A stretch of 40,665 bases of DNA from a virus (taxonomy: Duplodnaviria > Caudoviricetes): IMG/VR virus record IMGVR_UViG_3300042140_000371, positions 1 to 40,665 of that record. The stretch is one strand, 5' to 3'. The notes below the pieces were generated by a model, which saw only the letters and a program-made list of their open reading frames with translations, did no database searches and was not told the DNA's origin. Below are positions 33,885 to 40,665 of the stretch, piece after piece (position 1 is the first letter of the stretch; every line of letters begins with the position of its first letter). Position numbers and translations under genes: made by a program.

Positions 33885-34783
33885 TACCTGGGCCCTCCTG
33901 CGACGGTTGCGGGTTCCTTAAAGGGGTTGTTATCAGCGGCCACTAGGTCTAATTCGTGGTTAAGGTTAGCAATGACGGCCTCGGCGTCGTCTTGGCTTAA
34001 TTCAGTGGGTTTGGCCACGTTGTAAAGCGCTTTAACTTCGTTGCCCCATGCCGCCTTTTTTTCCTTGGTGTATTTCAATTCCTTTAAAAGAAAATTTATT
34101 TCTTTAAGCTGTTCGGGCGTGATGGCCACGCCGGCGGCGGGAATTATCACTGCACCATTTACGGGCGCCGGTGCTTCATCGGTAACGGGCGTTTCTGTAA
34201 TCAAGCGGCTGCCATCTTCACAAGTTGCCAAAACTTCTTTTTTGATCCTAGGCGCTTTGGCTTCCTTGTCTTCAAACTCATCGGGTGCGTACACGCCCAG
34301 CATGACGGCGGGGGCATGACGTCGGGCCCAAATGCGGGCGCCCATGTAACTAAGCATTTGATCGGGGTTTTTATCCCAGTGCTTGTTTTCTGTGCGAACG
34401 TCTTTAAACCTGGCGGTGATTGTCCTGGCTTCCTGTTCGCCTCGAAGAATGCCGCTTACGGTCACTTCTCGTTTGTCGCCTTCGCCCTTGTAGACGTAGT
34501 TTAAATTGCCATGAATCACGCCGCTGCCTTGGATGGCGGCGGCCACCAGTTTGCCCTCGAACATCAGCTTGCCGGAAACAATGCTGGTTGCCTGCGCCAC
34601 GGCAAACGGGCTCATGCCCCAACGAATGGCCTGCTCAATCACCAGCAAACAATCAGCGGGTGATTTTTGTAGGTGTGTGGGGACTAGTTTGGCCGTTGCC
34701 ATGATCTCGGCCAGTTTAACGGCTTCATCGAAGCCGTTTATTTCCAAGGCCTTTTCGGTGCGAATTGCTAAAGCTGTCTGCAT
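33884..34783 (-). CDS. RecT-like single-strand annealing protein
   Basis: LVPTHLQKSPADCLLVIEQAIRWGMSPFAVAQ...GKL...W..NPDQMLSY..ARIWARRHAP..GVY..DE. Confidence 0.8.
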   Translation of the reverse strand: MQTALAIRTEKALEINGFDEAVKLAEIMATAKLVPTHLQKSPADCLLVIEQAIRWGMSPFAVAQATSIVSGKLMFEGKLVAAAIQGSGVIHGNLNYVYKGEGDKREVTVSGILRGEQEARTITARFKDVRTENKHWDKNPDQMLSYMGARIWARRHAPAVMLGVYAPDEFEDKEAKAPRIKKEVLATCEDGSRLITETPVTDEAPAPVNGAVIIPAAGVAITPEQLKEINFLLKELKYTKEKKAAWGNEVKALYNVAKPTELSQDDAEAVIANLNHELDLVAADNNPFKEPATVAGGPR

Positions 34784-34968
34784 GATTCTAACTCCTTAAT
34801 GATTTTTTCTCGGATCACCATTACGTTCCTGGGTGCGTCTATCACCAGCCGGGCGGCGCCGGTGCTTACGCCGGCCACACCGACCCAACATGACAGCCCG
34901 TTCACGTCGAGAAGGAAACGCTCCCCCTCCTTGATTTTCAAAACCAATCCGTTTAGTCTTCCTGCCAT
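34768..34968 (-). CDS. csrA: CsrA/RsmA-like RNA-binding protein
   Basis: LVLKIKEGERFLL...VGVAGV..GAARLVIDAPRNVMVIREKI aligns with the CsrA pattern; AGGAGG RBS before ATG 34968. Confidence 0.75.
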   Translation of the reverse strand: MAGRLNGLVLKIKEGERFLLDVNGLSCWVGVAGVSTGAARLVIDAPRNVMVIREKIIKELESCRQL

Positions 34969-34987
34969 TTGCCTGCCTCCTGCTAAG

Positions 34988-35036
34988 AAAAAAAACGCCC
35001 GGCACCATTCAACAACGAACAGAAAAAAACCGGGCG
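34988..35036 (-). terminator. Intrinsic terminator-like hairpin after first early gene
   Basis: CGCCCGG...CCGGGCG stem followed by T8 on the minus strand; large loop. Confidence 0.55.
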
Positions 35037-35050
35037 CCTCGGTGTGAGAT

Positions 35051-35422
35051 TTAAAAGGGCGGTGGGACATCGACCCACCGGCTGCCCTGCTCGGCGCCAT
35101 AAACAAGCGCCTCGTCTAAAGTGTTCACGTGGTGCCACGCCGTGTTCCTGGTCCAATGCCATTCAACCTTGCTCTGGGACGACATCTTGGAAACTTTCGC
35201 CAGAATGGAAAAAGTTGGCAGATCAAAGCGCACTTGATAGGACCAGTCGATTGCCTGAAACGGCTGGGCAAATTCCAAAAGGTACTGGGGCGTGGCGCTA
35301 AAAATTGCTTCTTGGGCCCTCTCGGCCTGCCGGGCCTCAGCCTCGATTATTTCCAACTCGGCTATTTCCCGGCGCAATTTTGCTGCCGCTATCTCTGAAT
35401 CCAGTCGTTTTGTCGTGTTCAT
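35051..35422 (-). CDS. Hypothetical protein, first gene of leftward early operon
   Basis: GGAG RBS, 123 aa, N-terminal coiled coil. Confidence 0.7.
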   Translation of the reverse strand: MNTTKRLDSEIAAAKLRREIAELEIIEAEARQAERAQEAIFSATPQYLLEFAQPFQAIDWSYQVRFDLPTFSILAKVSKMSSQSKVEWHWTRNTAWHHVNTLDEALVYGAEQGSRWVDVPPPF

Positions 35423-35459
35423 AAGGCATTACTCCAAGTAAAAAAGTTAAGCGCCTGCG

Positions 35460-35572
35460 TACTAGTTTTTACTAGTACATACTAGTTTATACTAGCAAGA
35501 CTCTAAAAAAACAAGTAAAAGCTAGTAAAAAAGAATTATTTTTTAACTAGTTAAAAATAATAGTGATATACT
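35460..35572. promoter_or_regulatory. Divergent control region with ACTAG operator-like array
   Basis: TACTAG at 35460, 35470, 35480, 35490; near-perfect palindrome ATTATTTTT(T)AACTAGTTAAAAATAAT 35535-35561; rightward extended -10 TGaTATACT 35564-35572. Confidence 0.75.
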
Positions 35573-35608
35573 AATTAAAGATTGTTCTTTTTTTGAAAGG
35601 AATTTAAA

Positions 35609-35809
35609 ATGAGTGTTATGGCACGACCCAAAAAAACTGATGAACGAAAAACCCTTTATAAAGGCTGGGTTTGTGATTCTTGGGATTTGCAAAAAGCTTT
35701 GGAAGCCCATTCGTCGAAATGGCGCCGTTCCATGCAAATGACCATTACCATTTTGCTTGAAGAAGCGTTGAAAGCTGAAGGCTTTTGGCCGCCTGAAAAT
35801 AAAACCTAA
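35609..35809 (+). CDS. Arc/RHH-like repressor candidate
   Basis: DLQKALEAHSSKWRRSMQMTITILLEEALKAEGFWPP; divergent from the early operon; AAGGA RBS. Confidence 0.7.
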   Translation: MSVMARPKKTDERKTLYKGWVCDSWDLQKALEAHSSKWRRSMQMTITILLEEALKAEGFWPPENKT

Positions 35810-36003
35810 TCGCATAGTCCCTGCTGCGCCTGGTCGTTGGCGATTAACGTCGTCAGTACCAGTGTCCTGCGCTGGATTTTTCTTGCCAGTCCTCGGGCCA
35901 ATGCTGCGTCGTATTGTTCGATGTTCTGCCTTTTTGCTTCCAAGTCGGCGATCTGCTTCCAAATTTGCCATATGCCCCCCACGTTCTCGCTTAAGAATGC
36001 CAT
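35806..36003 (-). CDS. Small hypothetical protein
   Basis: GGAGG RBS before ATG 36003 (MAFLSENVGG); converges on the repressor gene. Confidence 0.55.
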   Translation of the reverse strand: MAFLSENVGGIWQIWKQIADLEAKRQNIEQYDAALARGLARKIQRRTLVLTTLIANDQAQQGLCD

Positions 36004-36168
36004 TGTTCTGCCTCCGAAAAAAAGGTCGGCGTCCATGCCGTGCGGTCATCCGTGAGGGGGTACTATGGCAAACGGAATTAGCAGATAAAAATTTATTTTT
36101 TATAGTTTTAAATCTGCCTAAAAACTGGATAATTATCTGGTTGCAATAACTTAAGCTTTTGGAAGGGT

Positions 36169-36582
36169 TTGGCGCCTGTGATCACGGACGACGAGCTAAA
36201 TAAAATTTTGCAAAATCACGGTTATGTGAAAAGCACGACGCCGCACTGGCCGGGGTGTTATGAGGTGCACGCCGAGTGCGCCGTGCGCTGGCTGGTGGCC
36301 ACGGTGCGGGAATTGGCGCCGTATGCGGCCAAGAGGTTGGAAACGAAGGGCGTGGCTGAAGAAACACGGGAAAAAGAATTAATTAAATTATTGGAATATT
36401 TTTTGGAGATGCTGCGAATAACTAGTAGTCACACATCCACGGCCTACCTAGAAGCCCATCGTTTGATTTTAATGGCCAAGGGGTTGCCCCCTGAAGATGT
36501 GCCGTACCCTTCAAAACGCAAGAAAAAAGCCGGCGGCGACAAGCCGAAACGAATCGAGCACGATGAGCGCCAGGTAGAATGA
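36169..36582 (+). CDS. Hypothetical protein
   Basis: 137-aa ORF filling the space between two minus-strand genes; start uncertain. Confidence 0.55.
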   Translation: MAPVITDDELNKILQNHGYVKSTTPHWPGCYEVHAECAVRWLVATVRELAPYAAKRLETKGVAEETREKELIKLLEYFLEMLRITSSHTSTAYLEAHRLILMAKGLPPEDVPYPSKRKKKAGGDKPKRIEHDERQVE

Positions 36583-36583
36583 T

Positions 36584-36802
36584 TTACCGTCGTATCTGGT
36601 AGCCATCGGGCCCGGTGGTTATGGCCCTTCTATGGCCTAAATTTGCGAGCAGTTCCTTAACCGTGGTGTCGTTGATGGGGTTTTGGTGATCCTTGAAATA
36701 CTTCACGATTTGGGCCTGTTTGGCGGGGCCGTGTTCGGTTAGGTAATCAAGCAATCTTTGTTCTTTTGGGCTGTAAAACAGCGGGGCGTTATCGGCGATC
36801 AT
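36584..36802 (-). CDS. Small winged-helix protein (regulator or directionality factor candidate)
   Basis: SPKEQRLLDYLTEHGPAKQAQIV...VKELLANLGHRRAI...GYQI; adjacent to attP; start may be further upstream. Confidence 0.6.
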   Translation of the reverse strand: MIADNAPLFYSPKEQRLLDYLTEHGPAKQAQIVKYFKDHQNPINDTTVKELLANLGHRRAITTGPDGYQIRR

Positions 36803-37039
36803 GGCGCTATTACCTTTGGGCGTAGGTACAGGCAACGCTGCCTGTCTATCTATAATAGCGTCTTTAGGGCTAGAATTAGGACAATTTTCCGAAAAAATAT
36901 TGGTAAATTCTTTTTTTATTTCATCGGTTAAAATAGATACAATCAAGTTTCTTAACACGGGCGGGGCGTCCTTTCTGGACTAAAGGATTATGGCACGTTA
37001 AGAATGCCACAATAATAATAATAATTGTTCGGCAATAAT

Positions 37040-37063
37040 AGCACACCTAAAAGCACACCTAAA
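37040..37063 (+). repeat. Integrase arm-type sites, left pair
   Basis: AGCACACCTAAA twice in tandem (37040, 37052). Confidence 0.8.
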
Positions 37064-37090
37064 GATAATTATTAACATTTTTATGGGTAT

Positions 37091-38323
37091 TTACTGGATA
37101 GAGCAACGGTCTTCGGAACCGTAGGTTATAGGTTCGACTCCTATCGGGCGCAATAAAAAGTGTCGTTTTTTGCGGGTTTTTTCACTATTTGGTTTTTGGC
37201 CCCTTCCCCCTCCCAGTCGTTTTTCAGATAAATCAGCACACCTAAAAGCACACCTATTGAGGGTGTCCTCGATGGCTGCTGCGGCGGCGTTGATGTCGTC
37301 GTTTTGGGCGTGGGTGTAGTAGTCCAGGGTTAGCACGCTGGTGCTGTGTCGGGCCAATTTTTGCGTTATTTCGATGCGGAATTTTTGAGCACACCATGTA
37401 ATAAAGGTGTGTCGTAAACTGTGCAAGTCTAGGCGGGTGGTGGTGGTCACGCCGGCGGCGGCGGCGTCCTTTCGGACCATGACGGCGCTGCGATCCCCCC
37501 ACGTGCCGGGAAATAGCGGGCCGTCCAGGGTGGCTAGTTCGGTGGCCAGGGCGGGCCCTAGGTCAATCTCTGCCTGCCTGCGGTTTTTGGTTTCGTTGGA
37601 TAATAAGGTCAATCGGGATTGTTGCAGGTGCCCCGCTGTCAAGGCCATGGCTTCTTTGCGCCGTAGGCCGGTGGTCAGAATAAGCCGGTAAAGTAATGCC
37701 CGGCGGTGGCCGTTAAGGCCCCGGAAGGTGGTCGGGCTGTTGGCGGTGGTGTTTACCAGGGCGCTGGCCTGCTCCACGGTCAGGGCGCCCCGTTGGTAGG
37801 TTTTATTGGCTCGGATTACGGGTAGGGTAATTCGGATAGCGGGCAGGCCAGCATGCCGTAAAAATTGATTTAAAGCCTTTAGATAGTGGGCTTTGGTTTG
37901 AGCGCTCCAACGGCGTTTTTCAGCGTCCCAGTGGGTGAACACGGCACGGGCTTGCTCGGCGTTGATGTCCTTGCTTTGCAGGACGTTGGCGGCTTCTAGG
38001 ATGCGGCAAACCTTGGCGACAACTTCCCGCTGGCGTGCTTGGGTGATTCCTGCCAGTTTCAGGGCGGCGGCCCAGTTGCTTAGGTGGCTGGCTAGGGTTT
38101 TGGTTTTGGGGGCTTCGGTGCCGGCCATGATGCGGGCCAGCATGGCGGCCGATTCGGCCTTGGTGGCGGCTAGGGGTATGGGCCGGCGGCTGCCGGGAAT
38201 GGCCCCAAAGGCGTAATAGATTTTTGAAGTTTCAATGCGTTTAGAAGTCGCTTTCGACGGGTGGCACTGCGCACCAAGCTCGTCGTAATATCGTTCTCGT
38301 CGTTGCCGTCTGATCGATGCCAT
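37091..38323 (-). CDS. int: Tyrosine integrase
   Basis: TTGLRRKEA (R), ETKN (K), HSLRH, LARHS, YYTH (Y); C-terminus runs through attP. Confidence 0.93.
   Translation of the reverse strand: MASIRRQRRERYYDELGAQCHPSKATSKRIETSKIYYAFGAIPGSRRPIPLAATKAESAAMLARIMAGTEAPKTKTLASHLSNWAAALKLAGITQARQREVVAKVCRILEAANVLQSKDINAEQARAVFTHWDAEKRRWSAQTKAHYLKALNQFLRHAGLPAIRITLPVIRANKTYQRGALTVEQASALVNTTANSPTTFRGLNGHRRALLYRLILTTGLRRKEAMALTAGHLQQSRLTLLSNETKNRRQAEIDLGPALATELATLDGPLFPGTWGDRSAVMVRKDAAAAGVTTTTRLDLHSLRHTFITWCAQKFRIEITQKLARHSTSVLTLDYYTHAQNDDINAAAAAIEDTLNRCAFRCADLSEKRLGGGRGQKPNSEKTRKKRHFLLRPIGVEPITYGSEDRCSIQ
37093..37152 (+). other. attP core: 3' part (60 nt) of tRNA-Arg(TCG), 5' end missing
   Basis: ACTGGATAGAGC-A-ACGGT-CTTCGGA-ACCGT-AGGTT-ATAGG-TTCGACT-CCTAT-CGGGCGCA; 5' acceptor and D-stem strands absent; flanked by arm repeats. 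Confidence 0.9.
37235..37256 (+). repeat. Integrase arm-type sites, right pair (inside int)
   Basis: AGCACACCTAAA at 37235 and AGCACACCTA at 37247. Confidence 0.8.
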
Positions 38324-38591
38324 TACTGTAAACTATGGGTCCCTTTTCATCCTGCGGGTGCCATAGTTCCTCCCGGTTTTCGTAGCGCTGGCAGAGCACG
38401 GCCAGCTTTTCCGGCGTGTTTGGGTGCGCCCTAGTGGGCACCTGCGCTGGCTTAAGTGGTTCTAGCACGGTCTGGTCGGGGACGCAAGGGTATTCGGCGC
38501 CGTGGCTTTGGTAACATTTATCGCAAAGGTAGCGGCGGCGGCCAAAATTGACGCCACACCGTCGGCACATAATAGGGTCAATATCGTTCAT
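38241..38591 (-). CDS. Hypothetical Zn-finger protein
   Basis: CRRC...LCDKCY and PTRAHPNTPEKLAVLCQRY...LWHPQD; start ATG 38591 (ATGA overlap); 3' end overlaps int start by 83 nt. Confidence 0.7.
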   Translation of the reverse strand: MNDIDPIMCRRCGVNFGRRRYLCDKCYQSHGAEYPCVPDQTVLEPLKPAQVPTRAHPNTPEKLAVLCQRYENREELWHPQDEKGPIVYSNGIDQTATTRTILRRAWCAVPPVESDF

Positions 38592-38740
38592 ACAAGTCCT
38601 AAAAACATCCATAAAAGGGCGATCAATTTACGCAAAATCGGCCGGTCCCCATGGCCGCAATTGCAGGCTGAACTTGTCCAGTAATACGCTAAAACGGCGT
38701 TGCCGGCGGCCATGCAATAAATCAGGGTGCGGTCGGTCAT
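38588..38740 (-). CDS. Small membrane protein, 50 aa (absent from ORF track)
   Basis: MTDRTLIYCMAAGNAVLAYYWTSSACNCGHGDRPILRKLIALLWMFLGLV; ATGA overlaps at both ends. Confidence 0.65.
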   Translation of the reverse strand: MTDRTLIYCMAAGNAVLAYYWTSSACNCGHGDRPILRKLIALLWMFLGLV

Positions 38741-38982
38741 TGCCCGCCTGCCTTTGCCTGCGTGCGGTTTTTGATGTAACTGACGACGGTGCCGCCGGCC
38801 ACTAACAGCGCTATGACGTGCTCAACCATGCTGGTTATATTGCCGCCGATTCCTGCCGATTCACTCGGGGACAAAAAGCCTAGGATGGTGGCAAATGCCA
38901 AGGCTTGCAAAATTAAAGTCTGATAAAATTCGGTGGTTTGCCAGCCGGGTTTAACTGGGCTTGGAGTCGGGTTTGTCGACAT
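38737..38982 (-). CDS. Holin-like membrane protein
   Basis: KPGWQTTEFY motif, two hydrophobic helices, basic C-terminus; lysis position. Confidence 0.65.
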   Translation of the reverse strand: MSTNPTPSPVKPGWQTTEFYQTLILQALAFATILGFLSPSESAGIGGNITSMVEHVIALLVAGGTVVSYIKNRTQAKAGGQ

Positions 38983-40294
38983 TGGCGTTCTCCTGCTCTT
39001 TGAGTTTTTTGAGGGCGTTTAAGATCATTTCTTCCATGGTGGGCTTGGGCGGGAATACTTTGTTATGACCGGCTTTGAGCGCTGCCACGACGGCGGGAAT
39101 GATGCCACGGGCAAACCAGCCTAGCATGAATGCAATGAAGGCGGTGACGGTCACGGCCCTGGCAATGGCCAGAATGTTGCCGGCGCCGGTGTCGGGGCCC
39201 TTCCGGCCGTCCTTATCCTTGGCTGGGTCGTAGTTTGGCGCTTTCCTGCGAAGGGCCCCAATTAAACCCTCAAGCCCGTCGGAATAATCTGCCTGGGAAT
39301 GAAGCACGGCGGCGCTGCCGTCGGCGTTAGGCGGCCCTTGCACAATAATGCGGGGCGTGCCCTCGGTATTGAATCCGACGTCAGAAACGGCCCAGTGCGT
39401 AGGCGGGTAAGTTTGCACCAAAATTACTGGCGCCCAGGGGCTTCCCTCTAAATCGGCCTTGACCTTGCCGGCGGTGGCGGTGTCTTGGCTTATGATGGTA
39501 ATTCGTAGCTTGTGCGAGTCGTCGGTCAATTCGCCGCCTTCCAAAGCTCTTAGAGCGTCCAGACTGCTGATTTTGCGGCCATTTAAATAACAGCCATTTT
39601 GGCCCAGCCGGGTAATATCGACACCAAAAAGCGGGCTTGCGGGGACTTCCTCGGGGTCTTGCGCTGCGGGGGCATGGACCTGGGTAAAGACTTTGTTGGT
39701 GGGGGCCGGTGGTGGTGGTGGTGCCAATAGGAAAACAGCCCAGCCGCCGCCGCCCAGTTTCCAGCGGCGGGTAAATTCGGCGGGTTGCATCCATTCGTAA
39801 TTGGTCTCGCCGGGAAAGTTGTTATCCAAAACGGCTGCCCATTTCCCGGAAAAATGCACCAGGTTGACCATGTGGGCGATTCTGCCATTGCCGCCATAGC
39901 GGGGCGAATAGCCATAGGTAACGGCGGGCATTCGGCCCGTTTTTAGCGCAAGCTTTAACAAGCTGGGGTCGTCGCCCTGGTATTGCAGGTAAGTGATGCC
40001 GGCGGCGTATTTTGATACCATTTTGTCCACTTTTTCGGGCCAGCCGCCGCCGTCCTCCTTGCGCATTTTGCTCTGAAAGCCGGTAAGCTGTTCCACATTT
40101 TGCCATCTGCCGGAATGCTCTAGGCTGGTGAACACACATAGGCCGGCGCCGTCCCTGCCGCCCACGTTTTTCAATTGCTCCTTGCCGGGAAGGTCGATTT
40201 GGATTTGTTCGGCGCCGTCGGGGCTGGTGCGGCCTCCGACCTGGGAATCTGCAGCTAAAATGAAAGAAAGAAAAAAAGGTATAAAGGGAATCAT
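38951..40294 (-). CDS. Exported, membrane-anchored papain-fold (C39-like) cysteine peptidase
   Basis: Signal peptide MIPFIPFFLSFILAA; GLCVFTS (Cys), HMVNLV (His), VLDNN (Asp/Asn); poly-Pro linker; C-terminal TM helix; start 40294 or 40318. Confidence 0.7.
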   Translation of the reverse strand: MIPFIPFFLSFILAADSQVGGRTSPDGAEQIQIDLPGKEQLKNVGGRDGAGLCVFTSLEHSGRWQNVEQLTGFQSKMRKEDGGGWPEKVDKMVSKYAAGITYLQYQGDDPSLLKLALKTGRMPAVTYGYSPRYGGNGRIAHMVNLVHFSGKWAAVLDNNFPGETNYEWMQPAEFTRRWKLGGGGWAVFLLAPPPPPAPTNKVFTQVHAPAAQDPEEVPASPLFGVDITRLGQNGCYLNGRKISSLDALRALEGGELTDDSHKLRITIISQDTATAGKVKADLEGSPWAPVILVQTYPPTHWAVSDVGFNTEGTPRIIVQGPPNADGSAAVLHSQADYSDGLEGLIGALRRKAPNYDPAKDKDGRKGPDTGAGNILAIARAVTVTAFIAFMLGWFARGIIPAVVAALKAGHNKVFPPKPTMEEMILNALKKLKEQENANVDKPDSKPS

Positions 40295-40320
40295 TATTGC
40301 GCCTCGTTTGGGTGTCATTA

Positions 40321-40330
40321 ATAAATGACC
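40321..40330 (-). promoter_or_regulatory. GGTCATTTAT motif, candidate late promoter
   Basis: Exact copy, intergenic, heading the lysis-position block (26 nt upstream of ATG 40294). Confidence 0.7.
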
Positions 40331-40338
40331 TAGGACGG

Positions 40339-40665
40339 CTAGTACGGGCTTAGGTAAACATCGCCCTCAAGGTAGGAAAAAGTTTCAGGATTGCTATAAT
40401 CAGGGCGAACCATCGTTACATAATACGAAGTTCCACCCACGACGTTGAGGCCGCCCTCCAAGGTAAAACTTGCTCCGGCACCGGAACCTGAAGGGTTTTC
40501 CGTGCCATTGAATCCGCTGCCAATTTCCGATAGCGTGAAAGTAAAAAGATAAGTTAAAACCCCTGAGACATTGGGCTTGATTGCTATCGTAATAGTTGCT
40601 CCGCTCCCGGCATAGCCGCTGAAAGTCGTGAATGTTAAATGATCGCTAAAATTACCTGCACCTGA
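40339..40665 (-). CDS. C-terminal fragment of a beta-rich protein, 5' partial; probably the end of the 1..1794 tail gene or a following one
   Basis: Open from window edge: SGAGNFSDHLTFTTFSGYAGSGATITIAIK...EGDVYLSPY, TAG at 40339-40341. Confidence 0.7.
   Translation of the reverse strand, partial: SGAGNFSDHLTFTTFSGYAGSGATITIAIKPNVSGVLTYLFTFTLSEIGSGFNGTENPSGSGAGASFTLEGGLNVVGGTSYYVTMVRPDYSNPETFSYLEGDVYLSPY

Larger units (their letters stand above)
1..40665 (-). mobile_element. Temperate tailed phage genome (siphovirus-like), excised form, probably near-complete and broken inside a tail gene
   Basis: Terminase, portal, protease, capsid, tail, tape measure, integrase + attP and replication genes in canonical order; no host housekeeping genes; both ends lie in open minus-strand frames. 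Confidence 0.95.

Noticed and set aside
37093-37152. Functional tRNA-Arg gene
   Set aside because: The 5' acceptor and D-stem strands are missing (upstream is AT-rich TTATGGGTATTT); it fits an attP core
496-40328. Many other plus-strand and alternate-frame ORFs in the track
   Set aside because: They overlap well-supported minus-strand genes, as is common in GC-rich DNA; only 12019-12998, 35609-35809 and 36169-36582 are accepted on the plus strand
1-40665. Integrated prophage with host flanks, or terminal direct repeats
   Set aside because: attP is intact and internal, no host genes are present, and the two ends share no visible sequence

Overview
The window is a near-complete temperate tailed-phage genome (siphovirus-like, no sheath gene seen) in its excised form, since attP is intact. 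Almost all genes lie on the minus strand. Reading in the direction of transcription from the right end: tail-protein C-terminus, lysis-position module, tyrosine integrase overlapping a tRNA-Arg(TCG)-derived attP, immunity region with an Arc/RHH-like repressor, early/replication genes (CsrA-like, RecT-like, Gp157, initiator with iterons, DUF669), accessory genes (metallophosphoesterase, DUF3310, HNH, ParB-like, MORC-like GHKL ATPase, RusA, KTSC), packaging and head genes (terS, terL, portal, a sigma factor, T4 gp21-like protease/scaffold, decoration protein, capsid, a 1157-aa mosaic protein), then tail genes, ending in a Pro-Thr repeat where the assembly probably broke. Several small proteins resemble families I associate with Planctomycetota (Gemmataceae-like); this host call is inference only. 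The strongest unexplained signal is the 10-mer GGTCATTTAT: I found 7 exact copies plus 1 variant, all on the coding strand and mostly just upstream of gene blocks, in a genome that encodes its own sigma factor between portal and protease. This is a candidate sigma/late-promoter system. Other notable items: an integrase whose stop codon should be lost on integration, a ParB + MORC cassette preceded by a three-way-junction RNA, a lysis module with a C39-like peptidase and no recognisable endolysin, and an antisense mini-operon under a palindromic operator. All family calls come from motif recognition by eye, not database searches.
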